The notes under the pieces were generated by a model. That model had not been told where the DNA came from, did not search any database, and was given only the letters and a program-made list of their open reading frames with translations. The position numbers and the translations under genes are program-made. From Candidatus Caldarchaeum sp. (GTDB lineage: Archaea; Thermoproteota; Nitrososphaeria_A; Caldarchaeales; Caldarchaeaceae), in contig JAWACZ010000001.1 in NCBI GenBank assembly GCA_038896555.1, forward strand, positions 8,591 through 72,590: 64,000 nucleotides of DNA, read 5' to 3'. Of the stretch, positions 48,351-56,430 are shown one piece after another (the first letter of the stretch is position 1; every line of letters starts with the position of its first letter).

Positions 48351-48422
48351 CCGATTCTTTGTTGCAGGACGTTATTAGGCGAAACACGATACTGCAAACT
48401 TTGCCTGTATAGGTCGCTGTCG

Positions 48423-48434
48423 AAATTTAAATAC
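48423..48434 (+). promoter_or_regulatory. TATA-like box upstream of the SsuB-like ATPase gene
   Basis: The sequence aaatttaaatac lies 31-42 nt upstream of ATG 48465. Confidence 0.4.
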
Positions 48435-48464
48435 CAACCCTTAACGAAGATCTCTGTCGGAAAA

Positions 48465-49223
48465 ATGGTGAGGATAAGCGTCCAAGATTTGAAGAAGGTC
48501 TTTACCCATAAGGTTACTGGTCAGAACATAGTGGCCATCGATAAGCTAAACTTTGAAATCGACGAAGGGGAGGTGGTGTCGATCGTCGGTAAGACTGGAT
48601 GCGGGAAATCCACCTTCCTAAGCATCCTCCTAGGCATAGTTAAGCCGACGAGCGGTAAAATACTGGTCGATGGCAAGGAACCATACAAAGACTTTTACCA
48701 CTTTAGGGGAAAGATCGCGGCTATTTTCCAACAAGACATTCTCCTGCCATGGAGAACTGCGCTAGAAAACGTTAAGATAGGCTTAGAGATCCTCAGATAC
48801 CCCAAAGAGAAACAGTTGGAGCTGGCTAGGCACTGGCTCGCGAAGGTTGGGCTTGAGAGGTTCATCAACTCATACCCTGGAGAGCTATCGGGTGGAATGC
48901 GTCAGCGGGTCGCGATCGCTAGGGCCTTTGTGGTAGACCCGGAGGTATTGCTGGCTGATGAAGCCTTTGGACACTTGGACGTTGTCACTGCCACGGTTTT
49001 GAGGAATGACTTCATAAGGCTGGTGAAGGAGCAGCGTAAAACTGCTATAATGGTCACGCACCAGCTTGATGACGCTTTAGACACTGGCGGTAGGATCTTG
49101 GTGTTTGGGAGGCCTGCCCGCCTGATAGCTGATGTGAAAATCCCTGACGATGTAAAGGACAACCCCGTAAAGAAGAATGATTTAAAGGAGCAGCTTTATA
49201 GGTTGATTGAGGAGAGCGGTTAG
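48465..49223 (+). CDS. ABC transporter ATP-binding protein, nitrate/sulfonate/taurine (SsuB/TauB)-like
   Basis: Walker A GKTGCGKST, signature LSGGMRQR, and LLADEA. Confidence 0.9.
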   Translation: MVRISVQDLKKVFTHKVTGQNIVAIDKLNFEIDEGEVVSIVGKTGCGKSTFLSILLGIVKPTSGKILVDGKEPYKDFYHFRGKIAAIFQQDILLPWRTALENVKIGLEILRYPKEKQLELARHWLAKVGLERFINSYPGELSGGMRQRVAIARAFVVDPEVLLADEAFGHLDVVTATVLRNDFIRLVKEQRKTAIMVTHQLDDALDTGGRILVFGRPARLIADVKIPDDVKDNPVKKNDLKEQLYRLIEESG

Positions 49224-49981
49224 CCTGTCGGCTGCATCCTCCACCCCAAGAACTTTTTCTCACTCCTACCTATTACTAATTCAAGCATTAGACCGATACC
49301 TACCATGACAAGCGTCCACGCTATTATTCCTCCCATGTTGAAGACGCTCTGGTTGACGAACATCACGTATCCGACGCCGGAGGTTGCTCCGACTAGCTCA
49401 GCCACCAAGATAACTCTAACGCTGAGGCCTATGGCCGCCTTCCATGCCGTGAGAATTGAAGGTATTATAGACGGGAGTATGAGTTTTCTGAAGAGCTGTA
49501 GTTTTGTTGGTCTAAATGATATGATCATCTCATATGGCTCCTTCGGTATCGCCTTTATGCCGTCTAAGGTGTTATAGGTGAATAGCGGGATGTTGACCAT
49601 CATAAGTATTGTGAGAATCCTTGCTTCCGTCTCTCCAAGCCATATGATTACAATGAGAACCCAGCTCAGAGCCGGTATTCCATTGATTAAGTGAATTATC
49701 GGCAGCGCCCTCCCCTCAAGGCTTCTGAAAAACCCCATTAACATACCCAACGAGAAGCCAACAACAAAGGCGAGCAGGAGGCCCAGCAACACACGGATGA
49801 GCGTCGAGATGAGATGCATATTGTCCCGCACGAGCGCGTTCAGCAACTCTATTCCTATCCTCTCGAGCGATGGAACGAGATAGTAAGGCATGTAGAACGA
49901 TGAGACTTGCCACAGCAGAGCAAGCATGATGTATGAAGTTATTGTTGGCTCGTACTTCTTCAGTTCCCTAATATGCAACAT
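49220..49981 (-). CDS. ABC transporter permease, SsuC/TauC-like
   Basis: 253 aa, 6 TM helices, and an EAA-like loop region (binding-protein-dependent transport family pattern). It is convergent with the ATPase gene and overlaps it by 4 nt. Confidence 0.8.
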   Translation of the reverse strand: MLHIRELKKYEPTITSYIMLALLWQVSSFYMPYYLVPSLERIGIELLNALVRDNMHLISTLIRVLLGLLLAFVVGFSLGMLMGFFRSLEGRALPIIHLINGIPALSWVLIVIIWLGETEARILTILMMVNIPLFTYNTLDGIKAIPKEPYEMIISFRPTKLQLFRKLILPSIIPSILTAWKAAIGLSVRVILVAELVGATSGVGYVMFVNQSVFNMGGIIAWTLVMVGIGLMLELVIGRSEKKFLGWRMQPTG

Positions 49982-50223
49982 CGTTAAAGAGTTAAAACAT
50001 GGATGTATTTAAGGCTGGTTTTTGAAAAATCATACACGGACCTCGTATCCATGCTAACAGAATTGCTACCTCACCATTTCCCTCCATTACGAAAGCTGTG
50101 AAGAACAACGGCAGGCGGTTGGATGGCTGTCGATTCGGATGACTCCATCCACAGGGTCAGCACTTTTGGTCGACAGCGCTTGACAAAAACATTAAAAACT
50201 TATATCAAAGCCGTATCACGACT

Positions 50224-51372
50224 GTGACGTTCATGGGAAGTTTTTCCCGGCAAGAAATAGTGAACGTTATTGATAGAATCCTGAGAAGAGTTGAGGATAC
50301 AGCGAAGTCAAACCCCGAAGGTTTTCCCCACTACAGCGATGACTTCGGCAGATGGATATGTACTCCAGACGGAGATTGGACAGGCGGTTTTTGGGTAGGT
50401 CTGCTCTGGCTGAGTTATGTAGCTACAGGCGATGAACGTTTCCTAAGCTGGGCCAAAAAATGGATGCGAAAGCTTCAGCCACGTGTTCTTTCGGAAACTG
50501 TGTTCAGATGCTTTCTTTTCTATTACGGAGCCGCCGTCGGAGATATTCTTACCGATGACCGTGAATGTGCTCGGCTGGCTGTAGCTGCCGCAAGGGGAAT
50601 CTCAACATTATATAACCATAATGCAAAGGTGATACCGTTGGGAAGGGCTGCTGAAGAAGCGTCGTCAGTAGGCTTGGATCAAACAAACGTTGACAGCGTA
50701 ATCACTACGGCTCTACTCAGCTATGCGGCGGAGAAGACGAATGACGTTGAACTTAAAGAAATTGGGATGAATCATGCATTGGCGCATATCAATTACTGTG
50801 TTATGGACGATGGTTCAGTACTACAGTCCGCTACATTTGACCCGACAAGCGGTAGGCTAGTTAAGCGATACACCCATAAAGGATATGCTGATAACACTGT
50901 CTGGGCAAGGGCACAAGCATGGGCAATGCTTGGTTTTACTCAAGCAGCCAAATGGGCCCCTAAGAGGTCAGATTTTCTTGAGGCAGCAGTGAAAGTTTCT
51001 TACTGGTGGATGAAGAACATGCCAAAAGATTTTGTGGTATTTTGGGATTTCAACGACCCGCGCATTCCTAACACCTTAAAAGACACATCTGCAACCGCTA
51101 TAGCAGCGACCTCCTTACTCAAGTTATCGAAATTGCCTATTGATGACAAACTAAGGTCTAGTTTTCAAAATCTAGCTGTTGAAACCATTAAAGAGTTGAC
51201 CAGATACGTAACACCTGTAGACGAAAAAGATGACAGGCCTCCGGGCATGCTCACATGCGGATGCTATAACCGAAGAATTGCTCTTGCAACGTGCAACGAG
51301 CTAGTCTGGGGAGACTATTATCTACTAGAGTCGATGCTAACACTTGAAAACAAGCTTGACAAATGGATTTAA
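50224..51372 (+). CDS. Six-hairpin (alpha/alpha)6 glycoside hydrolase family 88-like protein
   Basis: 382 aa. DWTGGFWVGLLWLSY and WARAQAWAMLGF are typical of unsaturated glucuronyl hydrolase-like proteins. Confidence 0.55.
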   Translation: MTFMGSFSRQEIVNVIDRILRRVEDTAKSNPEGFPHYSDDFGRWICTPDGDWTGGFWVGLLWLSYVATGDERFLSWAKKWMRKLQPRVLSETVFRCFLFYYGAAVGDILTDDRECARLAVAAARGISTLYNHNAKVIPLGRAAEEASSVGLDQTNVDSVITTALLSYAAEKTNDVELKEIGMNHALAHINYCVMDDGSVLQSATFDPTSGRLVKRYTHKGYADNTVWARAQAWAMLGFTQAAKWAPKRSDFLEAAVKVSYWWMKNMPKDFVVFWDFNDPRIPNTLKDTSATAIAATSLLKLSKLPIDDKLRSSFQNLAVETIKELTRYVTPVDEKDDRPPGMLTCGCYNRRIALATCNELVWGDYYLLESMLTLENKLDKWI

Positions 51373-51564
51373 CTTAAGGGTCTCCGCAACGTGCAAAGCT
51401 TGAAAACTAACGGCTTGTTTCAGGATTGATTAGGTGGTAAACGGTCAAGCTATGCGTATCACTGCTGGCAGCCGTAAAGACAAGTTGAATTCTATCCCAT
51501 AAAGCTGCAAGAAAACGGCCTTGTCGTCTAATAGGCTTAAATACCACTTCGTGAAACCTAAACT

Positions 51565-52455
51565 TTGATGGTGGAAGAGTTCATTGCTAAAGTTCTTTTG
51601 CCCACCACACTCAACGGCCTGGCTTTCGGCATCTCAATCAGCTTACTGTCAGTAGGTTTAACGTTAGTCTTCGGAATCGCCAAAATAATAAACTTCGCAC
51701 ATGGGGAGATGTTCATGATGGGGGGATGGGTTGCCTTTGTCTCAATCCTCTTCCTTGAGAATTTCTGGGTAGGATTGTTGATCGCCGTACTTTTTATGTC
51801 GGGCTTTGGGTTTTTGATTGAACGCTATCTAATAAGTCGTCTGTATACACAGCAGCACTCACCGCTTCTAATTCTGATACTAACTTTCGGCTTAGCCCTT
51901 ATCATACGGGAGAGCGTAAGAGTGTTTACCGAACGAGACTACACTATGCCAGACCCTGTAGGCGTGCTGGTACCCATAGCCGGGACGCACTACCCAGTCT
52001 ATAGACTGCTGGTGATAACCATCGGCCTAATTTTCTACCTTTTTTTCTGGTTCTTGATAAACAGAACCCGCCTGGGGATAATAATAAGAGCCGCGTCAGA
52101 AGACAGCGAGATGGTATCATGTCTGGGCATCAACGTTCGGAGAGTGTACACATACATATTCGTCCTGGGATCAGCTTTGGCGGCTTTCGCGGGAGTGATA
52201 ATGACACCGCTGTGGTCGCTGACGGTAGACATAGGTGCTACAATGATCCTCTGGGCTTTCATAATCATTATCATCGGCGGTATGGGAAGCATAGGAGGGT
52301 CCATACTGGCTTCTATTCTGTTTGGACAGATTTTCGCCTTAGGGAGTATATGGCTGGAGCCCAGGGAAATGGAGATCCTGATATTCGGAACATTAGTAAC
52401 TATTTTGCTGGTTAGACCGAGAGGGTTTTTCGGCAAACCAGGGGTTCTAGAATGA
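51565..52455 (+). CDS. livH: Branched-chain-type ABC transporter permease, LivH-like
   Basis: 296 aa with the INFAHGEMFMMG motif and multiple TM helices. A TATA-like gcttaaatacc lies at 51535-51545. Confidence 0.9.
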   Translation: MMVEEFIAKVLLPTTLNGLAFGISISLLSVGLTLVFGIAKIINFAHGEMFMMGGWVAFVSILFLENFWVGLLIAVLFMSGFGFLIERYLISRLYTQQHSPLLILILTFGLALIIRESVRVFTERDYTMPDPVGVLVPIAGTHYPVYRLLVITIGLIFYLFFWFLINRTRLGIIIRAASEDSEMVSCLGINVRRVYTYIFVLGSALAAFAGVIMTPLWSLTVDIGATMILWAFIIIIIGGMGSIGGSILASILFGQIFALGSIWLEPREMEILIFGTLVTILLVRPRGFFGKPGVLE

Positions 52456-53477
52456 GTGGACAGTCACCATTCAAGAACCTTCGTTTACACAGCATCATAA
52501 TCCTAGCGATTGTCTTACTAATAATTGCTCCTATAGTTTTATCGACGTTCCAAGTGATATTGCTTGCACATGCCTTAATCAACGGAATTCTCGCCCTTAG
52601 CGTGGGATTTCTGTTGGGGTATATAGGCTTGCTAAGCTTCGGGCAGGCTGCTTTCTATGGCTTGGGCGCGTACATGATAGGTCTCGTGACTGTGGTGCTC
52701 GGATGGCCCTTCTGGGCGGGTTTGCTGCTAGCCCTCATCGTGCCACCTGCTGCTGGAGCCGGAATAGGGTTCTTAGCCGCAAAAAGCAGGGGCATATATT
52801 TTGCAATGATGACGTTAGCGGCGGGAGAGGTGCTCCACAGGTATTTCTTCTACACCACCTATAACGTGCCGGGCCTGGGGATTACGGGTGGGGCCAACGG
52901 AATAACCCCCATTCCCGTTCCAGTACAACCGCCAGACTGGATATACTATGTTTACTATTCGTCGGTATTTCTAGTGCTGGTACTCTATCTCTTCCTCGAT
53001 AAGGTTACTAAGTCATCGTTCGGAAGAGCATTGCAAGGCATCAGAGAGAATGAGCTCAGAATGAGGTTCATAGGCTACAATACCTACGTTTACAAAGTGG
53101 TTGCCTTCTCTATGGCCGCATTCATAGCGGGCGTGGCAGGAATGATGAACGCACTCCTACATCAAATAGCGGCTCCCGAAAGCATGTCGTGGGTAGTATC
53201 AGGGGAGTCTGTACTAGCTACTTTTCTAGGTGGGAGCGGGACTTTAGTAGGGCCGATTGTAGGGGGAATCATACTGACATACATCATAGACCGGATAAGC
53301 CGTCTTACAGCAGCTTATCTAATCATTCTCGGGGCCATGGTGGTCGTAATTATCCTTTTTGCTCCAAAGGGGATTGTTATGTACTTGCTAAACATATTCA
53401 GGAGATCGGCATCTTCCCCCCAACACATCACATCCAAGACCTACATGAGCTTGCACACAAAGCAGACAGCCGTATGA
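52452..53477 (+). CDS. livM: Branched-chain-type ABC transporter permease, LivM-like
   Basis: 341 aa with the LLSFGQAAFYGLGAY motif. It overlaps livH by 4 nt. Confidence 0.9.
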   Translation: MSGQSPFKNLRLHSIIILAIVLLIIAPIVLSTFQVILLAHALINGILALSVGFLLGYIGLLSFGQAAFYGLGAYMIGLVTVVLGWPFWAGLLLALIVPPAAGAGIGFLAAKSRGIYFAMMTLAAGEVLHRYFFYTTYNVPGLGITGGANGITPIPVPVQPPDWIYYVYYSSVFLVLVLYLFLDKVTKSSFGRALQGIRENELRMRFIGYNTYVYKVVAFSMAAFIAGVAGMMNALLHQIAAPESMSWVVSGESVLATFLGGSGTLVGPIVGGIILTYIIDRISRLTAAYLIILGAMVVVIILFAPKGIVMYLLNIFRRSASSPQHITSKTYMSLHTKQTAV

Positions 53478-53733
53478 CAGATACACCCGCGTGCGATTAC
53501 TATTGAGGTCTGCATCAACGTACCGTACACAGGCGTTATGGATGAGTACAATGACTGCGTTGGACGCTACCTTGAGAGATGTTTGAAGAAGCTAGACGTT
53601 CAAACCTCCAACCTCAACCTCATGCCTAATGGAATGGTTTGCCTTTCCCTGAACAGTTTACACTAGGACATGGATGACCAAAAAATTGGGTGTATTGTCT
53701 GAGCTGAAGGCTGGCGATGTTTGTCGGAGGAGG

Positions 53734-55254
53734 CTAAGCTTGCTGGGTAATGACTTCCATCCTAGGCTCCAATCTGTATTCTCTCCACCTTCGCATTACT
53801 TTTTCTAAGGTATTTTTGTCAGGCGTTCTCTCGACGTAGAGCGGCGTGGCTCTGGACCTTCCATACTCGTCTTGCAGCTTTCTTGTAGCATCAATCCCTA
53901 TCCTAGAACACATGGCGAAGGACAGGCCCGGTTCCCTCACAGGCAACACAGCCCTTGCGTTCGTGTTCAACGCATGGGTTGTGCCAGGAGGAAGGATTAC
54001 TACGTCGAGCTCAGGGTCTACGCGTGTGGAAACAGCTGTTAACACCTGGTTGATATCATATACATCTACATCATCGTCGACAACTATGACGCCCACCAAG
54101 TTAGCCATACCATAGCCAGACCCCAGCGCCGCATAGATAGCATTCTTACCCCATCCGGGATATCTCTTAGTAATCGATATAACTGCATAATACATTCGAA
54201 GCTCCTCAGGCATGTTCAGGTCCACGAAGCCGGGAATGATCTCTCGCATCTGCTTGTACCATCTGATGAACGGTATTGAGTATAACATCGTGGTTTCGCT
54301 GTAGCGATGGGCTGAGATACATGACTGGAAGAGCGGGTTTCTCCTATGTGTTATGGCTGTTACACGTATCGTCGGTTGCTTGGTCACAGCTCCTGCGTAT
54401 CCCATCCATTCGCTGAAAGGACCTTCGTCCTGCAGCTCCTCGGTGTTGGTGCTTAACTTGCCTTCTATCACAATTTCCGCTTCGGCGGGTACTAAGAGGT
54501 CTACAGTCTCGCCCCTAACTACATTTAACGGCTCACCGCTTAGAGCACCAGCAATCATATACTCGTTGTCCCTCCCTATCTGGGGATTCTTTATACCTGC
54601 AGCTATGTAAAGCGATTGGGGACCGCCTATCGCTATAGCTATGTCTATCTCGTGAATTCCTTTCCGCCTAGCTCTGGATATGTATATCCCAATATCTTGG
54701 AGGGCGCTGGCAACTATGTTGCACGTCCTCGACCCTTTCTTATGTATCCTGTAGACTCCAACGTTATGTCCCCATTCGGGGTCACGGGTTATCACGTTTC
54801 CCATCAGGATGAAAGGTCCACCATCGTGTGGATGCCATTTCAAAATCGGCAAGAAGTCAAGGCTAGCCTCCTCCCCTGTCTTGACCACTTCCTTACATGG
54901 AGCATCGCGAGGATTTATCTCAACAGGTTTCTTCCAAGCATCAGTCTTTTCGAATGTGTTTAGTAGATGTTTGACAACATCCTTCTTTTTTGCCTCCCGC
55001 CAGTTATCCATGTGACATGCTAATGCCATCCTCTTGTAATTTCCTAGCACGTTTTTAACCAGCGGAACATTGTACCCTCTGACTTTTTCAAACACAACTG
55101 CTGGGGCTTCAGCTCCATACTTCTCATGCAGCTGCCACATGATTGTGCCAACCTCATACTGGTTGTCAACCTCTACGCCAACCCTGCTAACATACTGGTT
55201 TTCCTCCAAGATTTCCAAGAATTCCCTAAGGTTGTGGTGATTTAGTTTAGCCAT
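53734..55254 (-). CDS. UbiD family (prFMN-dependent) decarboxylase, copy 2
   Basis: 506 aa. It has the N-terminal NLREFLEILEE, VVFEKVRGY, and the DEGPFSEWMGY motif. Confidence 0.9.
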   Translation of the reverse strand: MAKLNHHNLREFLEILEENQYVSRVGVEVDNQYEVGTIMWQLHEKYGAEAPAVVFEKVRGYNVPLVKNVLGNYKRMALACHMDNWREAKKKDVVKHLLNTFEKTDAWKKPVEINPRDAPCKEVVKTGEEASLDFLPILKWHPHDGGPFILMGNVITRDPEWGHNVGVYRIHKKGSRTCNIVASALQDIGIYISRARRKGIHEIDIAIAIGGPQSLYIAAGIKNPQIGRDNEYMIAGALSGEPLNVVRGETVDLLVPAEAEIVIEGKLSTNTEELQDEGPFSEWMGYAGAVTKQPTIRVTAITHRRNPLFQSCISAHRYSETTMLYSIPFIRWYKQMREIIPGFVDLNMPEELRMYYAVISITKRYPGWGKNAIYAALGSGYGMANLVGVIVVDDDVDVYDINQVLTAVSTRVDPELDVVILPPGTTHALNTNARAVLPVREPGLSFAMCSRIGIDATRKLQDEYGRSRATPLYVERTPDKNTLEKVMRRWREYRLEPRMEVITQQA

Positions 55255-55276
55255 GCAGAGTATGCCGCAAATCTGC

Positions 55277-55288
55277 TATTTAAATATT
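55277..55288 (-). promoter_or_regulatory. TATA box for UbiD copy 2
   Basis: The sequence tatttaaatatt lies 23-34 nt upstream of ATG 55254 on the minus strand. Confidence 0.5.
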
Positions 55289-55410
55289 GACGCGCGATAG
55301 TGTCCGGATAAGGAAAGTATTTAAAGGGTGTATGGTTTCTTCCCTCCGAGATGGCTCTAGGCGGCGGATCAACAGTAATTAAAGCGTTATCCGGACACTA
55401 CCTGACGCGC
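55288..55410. mobile_element. MITE-like element: 107-bp unit with 14-bp perfect (16-bp, 1 mismatch) terminal inverted repeats, flanked by an 8-bp direct repeat
   Basis: The left inverted repeat (TIR) is GATAGTGTCCGGATAA (55296-55311) and the right is TTATCCGGACACTACC (55387-55402). The flanking direct repeat TGACGCGC is at 55288-55295 and 55403-55410. There is no ORF inside. Confidence 0.5.
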
Positions 55411-55521
55411 ACACATTCTTTGTGAGATTACCATCCATGAAGCTTCTCCAGTTTCTGTACCAAGAGATGGTATAGAAAACAAAGTTTATAAGAGACCGCC
55501 AACCAACATCCAAGATGAGAA

Positions 55522-56226
55522 ATGAGAACATCCGCTAACATTCTAAAAGTTGCCATAAGTAACGTGTTTTTCATCATCAGACGTGATAAAAGAATCTTCC
55601 TGATAACCACGGGATTGTTCATCGCATTCAACCTGCTGCTCACCACGTTTGTATTGTTAATACTATGGGGTTCTATCGATTTCATCAGAATAAACCCATT
55701 TCTATATAACCTTTACCTCTTTCTCTGTTCGCCAAACATCGCCGTTGATAGGAAAGTCTTAGTTTTGCTTGAAACAACGCTTTTGGAATGGGGTCTCCAA
55801 GGCGTTGGATTCACTACCAAATGGGCCGTGCAGTTCACCTTCAGTGAGATTATGAAAGTAATCATTACATCCATGACGTTGGGTGCGCTTTTCACGCTGG
55901 TGCGTTTCATTAAACATAATCGCTCGTGTTGCATGGTGGGTAGAAGCTACTCTAAACTGATTAGCTCCTCTGGATTAACGACACTATTCTACGGTATATG
56001 CGGGCCTGTGGGTCTTGTGGCATGCGGAACCTGCGGCGCTCTTTCACTTCCCTTATTAGCTATGGTCTTAGGACTTGGCAGCATGATAGACTTACTTTCA
56101 GGGTTCATACCCTTCGTTCCAATATTTGCCAACATCGTTTTCATCTTCTTCATTATTTACATCGCATCCAAACTTAACCTGGCGACCTTTAGATATAGGG
56201 AAGCTCCCCGTAGCCTCACCACATAA
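55522..56226 (+). CDS. Hypothetical polytopic membrane protein with intramembrane Cys motifs
   Basis: 234 aa, about 6 hydrophobic helices, and the motifs SCCMVG and GICGPVGLVACGTCG. No family recognised. Confidence 0.55.
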   Translation: MRTSANILKVAISNVFFIIRRDKRIFLITTGLFIAFNLLLTTFVLLILWGSIDFIRINPFLYNLYLFLCSPNIAVDRKVLVLLETTLLEWGLQGVGFTTKWAVQFTFSEIMKVIITSMTLGALFTLVRFIKHNRSCCMVGRSYSKLISSSGLTTLFYGICGPVGLVACGTCGALSLPLLAMVLGLGSMIDLLSGFIPFVPIFANIVFIFFIIYIASKLNLATFRYREAPRSLTT

Positions 56227-56430
56227 GCACATATGATCAGGCTCATGAACTGGAGACAGTTGTTCTAGTGCAGAACAAGCCCGCTATGTCACTCCCGACT
56301 TTTTCTTCGAACAACGTTCAAAAGAATGTTAAATCGTTGCGAGATTTCTCTAGGAACTCAAGACATGCTGTATCGCCTGCCGAGTTCTGACGCTTTCCGA
56401 TGTCAGGCATCAGAGAGAGGGGGCTCAGTT

